NCBI GenBank assembly: GCA_963850305.1
Contig: CAWKKR010000001.1
Span: forward strand, 864,001-928,000
Reading direction: 5' to 3'
Source: an uncultured delta proteobacterium
Lineage (GTDB): Bacteria > Myxococcota_A > Polyangia > Polyangiales > Polyangiaceae
Length of the DNA: 64,000 nt
In this document: positions 19,218-31,440 of the stretch, piece after piece
Layout: each line of letters starts with the position of its first letter
How positions within the stretch are numbered: position 1 is the first letter of the stretch
Position numbers and translations under genes: made by a program
The notes under the pieces: generated by a model
The model's input: only the letters and a program-made list of their open reading frames with translations
The model's database searches: none
What the model was told of the DNA's origin: nothing

Positions 19218-20411
19218 TCAAGACTGTCGGCGGCGCCGACCAGCCAGCAACCCGAGCGCCGCGATTGCCGCCAGGGCGCCGCCGTGCGGAGCGTGGCCAC
19301 CCAAGCTGCATCCGCAGCCGGAACTGTTCGCCTTCTTCTGCACCGGCGAGGCGCCCTTGGTCGCTGGCCCCGCAGCGTCGGGTTCCCCGGCGTCCGGTCC
19401 GGAGTCTCCCCCCAGCTTTTCGCAGGAGATACCCTCGACGGCGGCGTTCGACGCGTCGAGCTTCGGCGCGCAACCACCCGCCATGCCATATCCCAACGAC
19501 GCCGGCAGGGGATGACAGACGAAGTCCGGATTCTGACAATCCGCGTCGCAGTTGCAGAGCTCCGCACACGCGCCGACGTCGCCCATCCCCTCATTCTGAT
19601 CGATGAGCGGAATACATGTGGCCGTGGGCTGCATTGATGTCGCCGGCCCGCAGGCGGTGGTCGCGCCGAGGCTACAGACCCTGGTGCATGCGGAGTTCGC
19701 GCTGGACGGCGTGCCGGCGCCGACGGTCAGACACGCCCCGTCGCAAGTATTGGTCGTACCGGTCGGATCGCAAGCGGCTCCGATCGACCCGGTGCCGAGG
19801 CTGACGCTGTCGGAGCACAGACCGCTCAGAGGATCGCACTTTCGAGTCCCGCAGGCGGCGTCGTTCGCGCACGTGGGTGCGCAGTACCCGACGTCTTGCG
19901 GGTTCGGCGCGCACGCCATGTCGGACCGGTCGTGACACTTCGGCGTATCGGTGGTCTGCGTGCCCTCCTGGCAGCGCTCGTAGCAATACGCGACCGCCTT
20001 CGCCGCATCGCCGACGATGCACACGGATCCCGTGTCGATTGCATCGCAATCGGCCTCGCCGTTGACGGCGCAACTGACGGTGCAAAGCCCGTTCGCGGGC
20101 CCGTCACCATCCAGCGCTTTGCTGGAAGACGGCAGGCAATCGAGCCCGGGCGCACAGTCCGATGCCGTCTTGCATGCGGCGCCGATTATGAACTTCGGCG
20201 CGCCCGCATCGTGACGAGCCGGCGCACTGGCGTCGGATCCCCGGGATCCCCCCGAGTCCGGGATTGGTCCCGCCGTTCCGTCCGGCTTGCTCGCGTCCAT
20301 TCGACTTGCGTCCGCCTGACCAGCATCTTTCGAGCCGGCATCGGCCGCGAGCGCAGTGCCGGACCAGAGCAAGAAGGCGACGCTCACCCCACAAGCAGAC
20401 TGCAGTTTCAC
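19218..20411 (-). CDS. Cys-rich surface protein with MYXO-CTERM-like sorting tail
   Basis: Signal peptide (ALA|A), DAG/DAS linker, Cys-rich body, C-terminal SSGCGC...hydrophobic...RRRR. Confidence 0.82.
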   Translation of the reverse strand: MKLQSACGVSVAFLLWSGTALAADAGSKDAGQADASRMDASKPDGTAGPIPDSGGSRGSDASAPARHDAGAPKFIIGAACKTASDCAPGLDCLPSSSKALDGDGPANGLCTVSCAVNGEADCDAIDTGSVCIVGDAAKAVAYCYERCQEGTQTTDTPKCHDRSDMACAPNPQDVGYCAPTCANDAACGTRKCDPLSGLCSDSVSLGTGSIGAACDPTGTTNTCDGACLTVGAGTPSSANSACTRVCSLGATTACGPATSMQPTATCIPLIDQNEGMGDVGACAELCNCDADCQNPDFVCHPLPASLGYGMAGGCAPKLDASNAAVEGISCEKLGGDSGPDAGEPDAAGPATKGASPVQKKANSSGCGCSLGGHAPHGGALAAIAALGLLAGRRRRQS

Positions 20412-20606
20412 CGGCTGGTTCCTATCCGGCTCGAATCGCTTCGGGCCGTTCGATTGGAGGACACTCGATGGTGTCGCGCCCTCGATCGCGGTTCAAGCAG
20501 TATCGACTCCGAGAATCCCGGCGGCGCGCCGTCGACCATTCGGCTCGACTCCACGACGAGGAGCGTCGCTGGATTCCATGATACGAAAAGCCTGGAAGCA
20601 CGCCCA

Positions 20607-21416
20607 ATGGACGACGACCGGATCATCGCCGTTTCGCCACGGCACGCTGTCCGACTCGCGCGAGAATACGTCACGCTCGTCGAACGCGCGCCCGCCGCTG
20701 ATTATGTCGTTCGCACGATCGCTCGCCGTGAGGCCAACGGGCTATTTCTGATGACTGCCGAGATCGTGATCGCCGGACGCGACGCACGAGATCGCTATCC
20801 ACTCGCGGCAACCTATCCGCTGCACTTTCGGAAAACGTATTCGCTTGCCCGGCTGCACGGCGACACCGCGGTGGAATTCGAGAATCAGACCTCCGCGAGC
20901 CGGCTCATCTGGGTTCCACCGCCCATCGGGTTCGCGGGTGACGCGTTCCGGAGCTGCCTGGTCCCGGGGCGTCCCTATCAACGCCTGACGCCCTTCGGAG
21001 TGGAACCGGAAGAGAGCAACATCCGCGTCGCACAGAACCTACCGCTCGCGACGGCGGCAGGACTGTGGCGACTTGCCGAAGAGGGTCTCCAGCGTCTCAC
21101 GAGTCTCCATGCCGGGGGTCTCTCGCACGGCGATGCCGAGCTCCAGAACTTCGTCGTGTGTCCCGCCCCGCTCGAGCTGGTCGTGATCGACTTCGAAGCC
21201 GCAGTCCACCAAAGCGCGCTGGACACGGCCGCATGGGAGCGCGCCCGCGCCAAGGATCTCGAGCCGCTGCTCCGCGAGGCCATATTCTTGCAGTGTGCCC
21301 TAGGACGTCAGGAGGGACAGCTCGCGGACCTTTCCTGGGACGGAATGGATCGCTTGTTCCGCTCTCCCGATCTCTTTCGTCGCGCCATCGAATCACACGG
21401 CGATCCAACGGAGTGA
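20607..21416 (+). CDS. Protein-kinase-like phosphotransferase (Kdo/RIO/APH-like fold)
   Basis: LH..GLSHGD...QN catalytic-loop-like motif and VVIDFE. Confidence 0.65.
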   Translation: MDDDRIIAVSPRHAVRLAREYVTLVERAPAADYVVRTIARREANGLFLMTAEIVIAGRDARDRYPLAATYPLHFRKTYSLARLHGDTAVEFENQTSASRLIWVPPPIGFAGDAFRSCLVPGRPYQRLTPFGVEPEESNIRVAQNLPLATAAGLWRLAEEGLQRLTSLHAGGLSHGDAELQNFVVCPAPLELVVIDFEAAVHQSALDTAAWERARAKDLEPLLREAIFLQCALGRQEGQLADLSWDGMDRLFRSPDLFRRAIESHGDPTE

Positions 21417-21690
21417 TGCGCACCGTCGCCCACCCCGCCGGCGCACCGCGCATACGTTCCTCGACAGCGACATCGTCGTTTCGCCGGTGCACGTCGCTCA
21501 GCTGCACCGCGGGTCGGAGACCAGCAGCCCGTCGCAAAGCCTGGTCGCGACAAGCTGGAGCGCGCGCGCTGCCCCCCGCGTCGCCCACCGGGCGGGGGCG
21601 AAAACGCGGGGTCGGCCCAGGTCCCGGCCTGGTCGCGCCACCGGAGCGCGGCGAAACAGAAGCTCCAACCGGAATTTGCGGGCGCTGGCC

Positions 21691-23856
<2,166 letters not shown>

Positions 23857-23905
23857 GATCTTGTTCCTTTGCCGCTTTCACCCGGGCGTTGGCTCCCGGA
23901 AAAAA

Positions 23906-25318
23906 TTAGATGTCGAAGTAGAGGTGAAACTCGTACGGATGAGGGCGAAGCCGGATCTGGTTGATCTCCTGCTCGTACTTGTACTCGACGTGCATGTCGA
24001 GCACGTCCCTGGTGAAGACGTCGCCTTTGAGGAGGTACTGATGATCTCGCTCGAGTTCCGCGAGGGCCTCTTCCAGCGAGGCAGGCATGCGCGGAACGTC
24101 CTTCAACTCCTCCGGCGACAGAGAATAGATGTCCTTGTCGAGGGGATCCCGCGGATCGAGCTTGTTCTGGATGCCGTCGAGACCGGCGAGCACCAAAGCA
24201 GCGAACGCGAGATAAGGATTGCACGTCGGGTCCGGGAACCGCGACTCGATTCTCTTCGACTTCGGCGAGGACGAGTACGTCGAGATGCGGATCGCCGCGG
24301 ACCGATTGCGGCTCGAATAGGCGAGGTTGACCGGCGCTTCGAATCCGGGCACGAGCCGCTTGTAGCTATTCAGCGTCGGGTTCGTGATCGCCGCGAGCGA
24401 TCGCGCGTGCTTCAAGATGCCGCCGATGTAATGAAGGGCGAGCTCGCTCATGCCCGCATAGCCGTCCCCGGCAAACAGCGGCTTCCCTTCCTTCCACAGC
24501 GACTGGTGCACGTGCATGCCATTACCGTTGTCTCCGAAGAGCGGCTTTGGCATGAACGTGGCTGTCTTCCCGTATTTCCACGCAGTATTCTTCACCACGT
24601 ATTTGAACCAGAGCAGCTTGTCGGCCATCCGAAGGAGGCTGTCGTATTGCATGTCGATCTCGCCCTGACCGGCGGTCGCGACCTCGTGATGCGACACCTC
24701 GATGGGGATCCCCAGCGCCTCCATTGTCTGGACGATGTCCGTGCGCAGGTCCTGCTGGGTGTCGTTCGGGGGAAGCGGAAAGTAACCTTCCTTCGTGCGA
24801 ATCTTGTTGCCTAGGTTCGGTCCCTCGTCGCGCCCCGTGTTCCATGCTGCCTCGCCGGAGTCGACTCGGTGCATGCTCGAGTTACCCTGGTAGTCGTAGC
24901 GGACGTCATCGAAGATGAAAAACTCCGCCTCCGGCCCGATGTACGCGGTGTCGGCAATCCCGGTGCTCTTCAGGTAGACCTCGAGTTTCTTGGCGATGTG
25001 CCGCGGATCGCGCGTGTAATTCTGCCGGGTGATCGTGTCCTGGATCGTGCAGAGCAGCACCATCGTCGGGTGCTTCATGAACGGATCCATCTTCGCAGTG
25101 GCCGGATCCGGGATCAGCAGCATGTCGCTCGCGTTGATTGGCTGAAAGCCTCGAATCGACGACCCGTCGAACCCCACACCTTCCGTGAAGGTGGACTCTT
25201 CGAGCCGATAGAACGGTGTGCTCGTGTGCTGCTGCTTGCCGGGGAGATCGATGAACCGATAGTCCACCATCACGGCCCCATTCTTCTTCCCGAACTCGAT
25301 TGCTTCCTTAGGCGTCAT
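23906..25318 (-). CDS. glnA: Glutamine synthetase type I
   Basis: 470 aa; [49 protein letters not shown] adenylylation-site Tyr. Confidence 0.98.
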   Translation of the reverse strand: MTPKEAIEFGKKNGAVMVDYRFIDLPGKQQHTSTPFYRLEESTFTEGVGFDGSSIRGFQPINASDMLLIPDPATAKMDPFMKHPTMVLLCTIQDTITRQNYTRDPRHIAKKLEVYLKSTGIADTAYIGPEAEFFIFDDVRYDYQGNSSMHRVDSGEAAWNTGRDEGPNLGNKIRTKEGYFPLPPNDTQQDLRTDIVQTMEALGIPIEVSHHEVATAGQGEIDMQYDSLLRMADKLLWFKYVVKNTAWKYGKTATFMPKPLFGDNGNGMHVHQSLWKEGKPLFAGDGYAGMSELALHYIGGILKHARSLAAITNPTLNSYKRLVPGFEAPVNLAYSSRNRSAAIRISTYSSSPKSKRIESRFPDPTCNPYLAFAALVLAGLDGIQNKLDPRDPLDKDIYSLSPEELKDVPRMPASLEEALAELERDHQYLLKGDVFTRDVLDMHVEYKYEQEINQIRLRPHPYEFHLYFDI

Positions 25319-25428
25319 CTGGCTTTTCTAGTCCGTGATGAAACGCGTTGCGACCACGGACGTGCGGCGGCGCCTCCGCGATTGAATGCGCCGCGCCGTG
25401 GGGAGTCGGCGTGAGAACGCGCGAGGAC

Positions 25429-25818
<390 letters not shown>

Positions 25819-26718
25819 TTAGGCATTTTTTCGGAGCGTTTGCTCCACGGGTGGACCGTCATTAGCCGACTACCGGCTCCGTCGTTTCCAAAATGTTTCG
25901 GTGAAACATCAATACCGCGCGTCGCGCCTTTCGATGTCTCGAAGCAGCGGATGGTGTCGACCCAGCCAATCAGGAACGCATAGGCATTGGGAATCATGAA
26001 TGAATTTAGCCATAATCCGAAGATCGAAATTCGCGGGTGGGGACAACGAGCGAATTCAGGACCCTGCCGGCTGGCTCGTCGCCGAAGCAGATGCGCAGAC
26101 CGCGCCCCGTTCGCAGCATTACCGGATCCAGGGGCACGGTCCAGATGCCGCGGCCGCCTCGGCGAAAGGGAACCAATCGAACCGTCTGCCCGCTCAGCGC
26201 TACCGTGCCGCTCGCGGCATCGTCCGTCTCCGCGAGAATCCGGGCGGGGTCGCGGCCGAGTCGCAGAGCGGGTAGTCGATCCGCGGTCATGGGCGCGTCG
26301 CGGCACTGAATGTGCCCAAGCACGAGGAACTTACTACCCAGAACTCCGCCTCACATGGGGAGCCCGCGAAACTGCATCGCGATCGCGCCTCAAGATCAGA
26401 CCGGGATCGTCTTCGATGAGCGAGCGATATTCCACCCGTGCCAGGTGGCGCTCAGCGTCACCGCCCGGATCCATGGCGTTCGGGCCCACCGTCGCCCCTC
26501 GTGTTGACTGCGATTTTGCGGACCATTCTGGCTCGAACCTTCCAGCGACGCATCCCACGCAAAAATCAGCCTGCAACCATCCCGCCTAGCCCCATCTTGG
26601 CATACTCTCTCGTTCCGCGTCGCCGATTCGGACAGCTGGCCGGCAGCGGCGCCGAGCCCTCCGTGATACCGGGGTTCTCGCACCAGCTTTCCCCGAACGA
26701 ATTTTCGCCCGCGCGTCG

Positions 26719-29295
26719 ATGTCCGCCGAAAAGACTCACCCGCTTCCAGTCGGCGCGATCCTCGACGGAAAGTTTCGCGTCACGAAGGAAATAGGCCGCG
26801 GCGGTATGGCGGCGGTTTACGAAGCAGAGAACATCGACATCGGGAAGAGGGTGGCGGTGAAGGTACTGGCCGCAGAGCTGGTCTCTTCGAAGACTGTGAC
26901 GGAGCGGTTCTTGCGTGAGGCGAGGGCAGCCGCCGCCATTCGAAGCCCGTACATCTGCGATGTCTACGACGTCGGCATGTTCGACAACCGACCCTTCCTG
27001 GTGATGGAGCTGCTCGAGGGCGAAAGCCTCTACGATCGCCTCTCGCGGGTCCGGCGTCTCGACAATCAACCGACGATTCGCATCGCCACGCAGGTCGCCA
27101 AGGGCCTGGTGAAAGCGCACGACGCGAATATCGTCCATCGCGATCTAAAGCCGGAGAACATCTTCCTGACCAAGAACGAGGACGGCGAGGTCGTCGCCAA
27201 GATCGTCGATTTCGGGCTCGCAAAGTTCTACGAACCCGCGCTCGAGGGGGGACCGGCCGCGCGCCTCACGAAAGAGGGCGCTCTCTTCGGAACGCCTGCC
27301 TACATGAGCCCCGAGCAAGCGAAAGCCCAGGGCGAGGTGGACCAGCGCGCCGATCTCTGGGCCCTCGCCTGCATCGTTTACGAGTGCCTCACGGGCCGCA
27401 CGGTGTGGAATGTCGATCAGGGCGTCGCCATGATCCTCGCGCAAATCGCCGGCGCGCCAATTCCGCGCCCGACTCGGGTTCGGGAGGATCTACCCAAGAC
27501 CTTCGACGATTGGTTCCTCCGCGCGCTCGATCGCAATCCGGACAAGCGATTTCAGACCGCCAAGGAATTCGCGGACTCGCTGCTCTTTGCCCTCGATCCG
27601 CCGGAAGGCTCGATCAAGCTCGCTCCCATCCACACGGAGGAAGAAGCGGGGGCCGTCGACGAGCTCGTGAGCCGCGACGCCGCGACCGCTGCCCCTTCGG
27701 TTCCTTCCTCGCAAAAGGCGGCTACCCTCGCCGTCACACCCGAGCCCGTCGCGAGCGACGACACGGCTGCGCTCGCGCCCTCGATACCGCCCGCGAGCGC
27801 CCGGGGGTCCGGACTCGCGATCGGGATGCTGGTCACGACTAGCGTGCTTGCGCTTGGCGGGTACGCCGGATGGTTCTACGTGCTGCACCCTCCCGAGCGA
27901 GGACACCCGAGACACCCTCATCAGATCGCGCCCACTCCGGTGGCGAGCGTCGAGCGACGACGGACGGATCTCGCGGAAACGGACCCCTATGCGCTGCAGA
28001 TATCGACGGCTCAGGAGCATCTGGCTCGTGGAGAAACGGACGTCGCAGTGCAGCTTTTCAAGGGTGCCTTCGACGCGAGCCCGCAGAGCAACGCTGCCCG
28101 GTCCTTTTACAACCACGCGGAGGTCATCGGCGAAAACCAGGCAACGGCGCCGTGCCGCGTGACGGGCCTCGGCCGCCCGCGACCGTTCGCCGGAAGCCCG
28201 GACGCAAGCTCCCTGCCAACCGTCGCGCTGGCGCCAAACGGGGTCGTCGTGAGCTGGGCAGAGACGGATCCTGCGACGCGGCGCCGATTCGCTTACACGA
28301 CCACACTCGATACATCGTTCCGGCGAGTGACGCAGATCATCGTGGCGACCCCCGAGGGCAAGCTGGTTCAGCAGCCTACGCTCGACCCCATCGACGACGG
28401 ACTCGTACTTCTCTACTGGGACAGCGCTTCCGACGGCGATGGTGTCTTCGCCCGCAAGCTCGACGCAACAGGCAGCATCTCGGGCCCTCCCGTGGTCGTC
28501 TCGCCGAGCAGCGACAAGCAGTCGTACCCCGCCGTGACTCGAGAACCCTCGGGACGCATCTGGGTGGCCTGGAGCGAGAAAGATGGCGCGCGTGTCGCCG
28601 ACATCCTCGCGCGCCCGCTAGGGCCGGATCTGAAACCAACGAGCATCTCTGCGCGCCTCACGCGCTACGTTGCACCGCAGCGGAGCACGTCCACGGCCTC
28701 ACATCCGGCGATCGCCGTCGCGCATGGCTACCTGAACGTCGCTTACTCGCTCGAGCGCGGCGTCGAGCATCACGTCTATGCGCTTCGAGTGCCGCTCACG
28801 GATCCTCAGCTGTTCCACGGCGGGCTCCCCGCCCCGCCCGACAACCCCGCGCCGCGCGAGCCTGATCGCTTCCTCGGCCAGATCGTGCCGGTCAGCTCCG
28901 GGCCCGGGCAGCACACGGAGCCCAGAATCGCCTGCGTGGAGGCCGGATGCTTCGTCGCGTGGGACGACCAGAAGGCGGGAGCCCACGTTGCGTTTCTGGC
29001 GGGGACGAACGGCGAGGTGATCTGGCGGCGAGACCTGGGGCAGAGAGCGCAGGGGCCCTCTCTCGCAATGGCATCGAACAACGTCGCCATCGCCTGGTAC
29101 GAAGCGAGCCGTGTGCGACTCGCGAAACTCGGACGCGACGGAGTCGGCGAACCGACGCTCCTGGGTCACGTGAGCGGCTATCAGCCTCCACCGAGCCTCA
29201 CGCCCGGCGCTCGACCCGGCGAGTGGATCGTGGGCTGGCGGGATTTCGAATCCGGCCAGTACGAAGGATTCGTCGCGCGTGCGGACTGCAAGTAG
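26719..29295 (+). CDS. Transmembrane Ser/Thr protein kinase
   Basis: IGRGGMAAVY, VAVK, HRDLKPEN, DFG, GTPAYMSPEQ; one TM helix; beta-rich C-terminal extracytoplasmic region. Confidence 0.95.
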   Translation: MSAEKTHPLPVGAILDGKFRVTKEIGRGGMAAVYEAENIDIGKRVAVKVLAAELVSSKTVTERFLREARAAAAIRSPYICDVYDVGMFDNRPFLVMELLEGESLYDRLSRVRRLDNQPTIRIATQVAKGLVKAHDANIVHRDLKPENIFLTKNEDGEVVAKIVDFGLAKFYEPALEGGPAARLTKEGALFGTPAYMSPEQAKAQGEVDQRADLWALACIVYECLTGRTVWNVDQGVAMILAQIAGAPIPRPTRVREDLPKTFDDWFLRALDRNPDKRFQTAKEFADSLLFALDPPEGSIKLAPIHTEEEAGAVDELVSRDAATAAPSVPSSQKAATLAVTPEPVASDDTAALAPSIPPASARGSGLAIGMLVTTSVLALGGYAGWFYVLHPPERGHPRHPHQIAPTPVASVERRRTDLAETDPYALQISTAQEHLARGETDVAVQLFKGAFDASPQSNAARSFYNHAEVIGENQATAPCRVTGLGRPRPFAGSPDASSLPTVALAPNGVVVSWAETDPATRRRFAYTTTLDTSFRRVTQIIVATPEGKLVQQPTLDPIDDGLVLLYWDSASDGDGVFARKLDATGSISGPPVVVSPSSDKQSYPAVTREPSGRIWVAWSEKDGARVADILARPLGPDLKPTSISARLTRYVAPQRSTSTASHPAIAVAHGYLNVAYSLERGVEHHVYALRVPLTDPQLFHGGLPAPPDNPAPREPDRFLGQIVPVSSGPGQHTEPRIACVEAGCFVAWDDQKAGAHVAFLAGTNGEVIWRRDLGQRAQGPSLAMASNNVAIAWYEASRVRLAKLGRDGVGEPTLLGHVSGYQPPPSLTPGARPGEWIVGWRDFESGQYEGFVARADCK

Positions 29296-29311
29296 GCCGA
29301 TACACTAGTCC

Positions 29312-29911
29312 ATGGCGAGCCGCGCACCTGCTGCAGGAAATTACCTGACGATCCCGTCCCGGAGCGCGGTACGGGCCCATCCCGTCGAAACCGAGCGTCT
29401 ATTTCTCACTCCGATCGATCCTGCGGACGGACCTGAGCTCTGGGCCGTCGTGGATCAGTCGCGCTGGCATCTCGAACGATGGCTGCCCTGGGTTCCCTTC
29501 AACAACACGAAAGAGGCCAGCCAGCGCTACGCAGAGGCGTGCGCCGCAGACTGGGACGCAGGCCGCGCGGTGCGATTCGGAATCCGGGAGCGAGCGACGC
29601 AGGCACTCATGGGCGTGGTCGGGCTGGATTCGTGCGTCCACCTTCATCGGTCATGCGAGCTCGGATACTGGCTCCGCCTCGATGCGACGGGGCGCGGCCT
29701 GATGACGGAAGCAGCACGCGCTGCCGTCGGATTCGCGCTCGAACGCCTCGGCGTCCACCGCGTACGCTGCGCCGCTGCCACGGACAACTACGCGAGTCTC
29801 CGCGTCATCGCGCGGCTCGGCTTGCGCTTCGAAGGCATTGCACGACAGGCAGAGTTCGTCGGCGGCCGCTGGGTGGACCACGCCGTTTTTTCCCGGCTAT
29901 CGACGGACTGA
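29312..29911 (+). CDS. RimJ/RimL-type GNAT N-acetyltransferase
   Basis: ETERL.L, WLPW, ELGYWL....GRGLMTEA, N.AS.RV..RLG..FEG. Confidence 0.9.
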   Translation: MASRAPAAGNYLTIPSRSAVRAHPVETERLFLTPIDPADGPELWAVVDQSRWHLERWLPWVPFNNTKEASQRYAEACAADWDAGRAVRFGIRERATQALMGVVGLDSCVHLHRSCELGYWLRLDATGRGLMTEAARAAVGFALERLGVHRVRCAAATDNYASLRVIARLGLRFEGIARQAEFVGGRWVDHAVFSRLSTD

Positions 29912-29961
29912 CGCCCGGACCCGGGGGCGGCGCGCGGGCGTGTGCTAGCCTCGCTTTCGGC

Positions 29962-31440
29962 ATGCTGCGGCGGAGCCTGCTCTCGCTCGCGCCGAGGCTC
30001 GTCGTCGTCCTCGGCATCACGGTAGCGACCGTCGTTGGCTTGCTGGGATTTTTCCGGCTGAGATCGCACGGGGACGAGGCGATCGCACTTCGTAGCGAGC
30101 TCCTCGGGCTCACGCTGGCAGCACGGCTTCGCGCCACCGCGGCCCCGGACCGTCCCGCCGTCGTCGAGAAGGCGGCGCGCCGCGCCGGCGCGGAGTTGTT
30201 GCTCGTCGACCAGCGCGGCCGCGTGGTGGTCGACGGCTCTCTGGGTCCGCCGCCGAAGCGGGCGCTGCTGGACCTGTTGATCGCCGGCGCCGGGGAGGCC
30301 ACGACGCGCATCGGCCGCACGCGATTCTTCGCGGCGCCGCTCGGCCCTCCAGTCGACGACCTGGTGCTCCTGACGTTCGTGCCGGCGCCGGAGGTGCCGT
30401 TCGCGACGCGGTCACTTCTCGGTTCGGTGGCAGCGCTCACGGCGTTCCTCGTCGGCGCGGCGGCGTTCGTGACGTTCGCGTTCGCCCGGGACGTCCATTC
30501 CGACGTCGCGTATGTGCGAGAACGCATCGTGGAGATGGCGCGCGAAGGAGCCGGCCCGAGCGGCAAATCGATCGCCGTTCGGGACTCGGACCAGGTGGGT
30601 ATGCTGACCAGCGCGTTCAATCTACTCGTCGAACGATTCACGGCGGCCGAGCACGCTTATCAACACGATCTCGCTGGCGCCCTCGCATTCGACCGCGACC
30701 GGAGCGCGTTTCTCGCCGCGCTGTCGCACGAACTCCGCACACCACTCAATGCAATCCTCGGCTTTTCCGACGTCCTGCTCGCGGAAGTGGATGGCCCGCT
30801 CAGCGCCGACGCTCATGAGAATCTCACCGTATTGCGAAAGAGCGCCGACCACCTGCGCGCGCTCATCGACGACATCCTGGACCTCTCGGCGCTCGAGTCC
30901 GGCGAGCTGCGGCTCGAGACCGGTCCGATCGACGTCTTCGTGCTCGCGGCGGACGTCGTTCGCGAAGCCCGCGTCACAGCCGTCGCAAAGGCGCTGTCGG
31001 TGACTCTCTCCGGCGAGCCTGCTACGGCCTGGGTCGACGGGCGGCGAGTGCGGCAGATCCTCGGCAATCTCGTCGGCAACGCGGTCAAGTTCACGCACAG
31101 TGGCAGCGTCGGGGTCGCTGTTCATCTCCGGCAGGATCAGGTCGTCCTTAGTGTGTCCGACACCGGTCCTGGCATTCCCCCCGAGCAGCGCGCCGCCATC
31201 TTCGAGGAATACTGGCAAGCGCCGGCCTCGCGTCAGATGCGCGTCGGTGCTGGGTTGGGACTGGCGATCACTCGCCGTCTCGTGCGGATGCACGGCGGCA
31301 CCATCGAGCTGGAGAGCGAGCTCTCACGCGGCTCGAGGTTCACGGTGAACTTGCCGATCAACCCTCCAGTGACGAGGCCATCCCGATTCATCAGCAGCGC
31401 GCCACCACCCGGCGAAAGTGCGACACTGGAGGCGACTTGA
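29962..31440 (+). CDS. Membrane HAMP sensor histidine kinase
   Basis: Two TM helices, HAMP-like segment, SHELRTPL, NLVGNAVKFT, DTGPGI, GAGLGL. Confidence 0.92.
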   Translation: MLRRSLLSLAPRLVVVLGITVATVVGLLGFFRLRSHGDEAIALRSELLGLTLAARLRATAAPDRPAVVEKAARRAGAELLLVDQRGRVVVDGSLGPPPKRALLDLLIAGAGEATTRIGRTRFFAAPLGPPVDDLVLLTFVPAPEVPFATRSLLGSVAALTAFLVGAAAFVTFAFARDVHSDVAYVRERIVEMAREGAGPSGKSIAVRDSDQVGMLTSAFNLLVERFTAAEHAYQHDLAGALAFDRDRSAFLAALSHELRTPLNAILGFSDVLLAEVDGPLSADAHENLTVLRKSADHLRALIDDILDLSALESGELRLETGPIDVFVLAADVVREARVTAVAKALSVTLSGEPATAWVDGRRVRQILGNLVGNAVKFTHSGSVGVAVHLRQDQVVLSVSDTGPGIPPEQRAAIFEEYWQAPASRQMRVGAGLGLAITRRLVRMHGGTIELESELSRGSRFTVNLPINPPVTRPSRFISSAPPPGESATLEAT

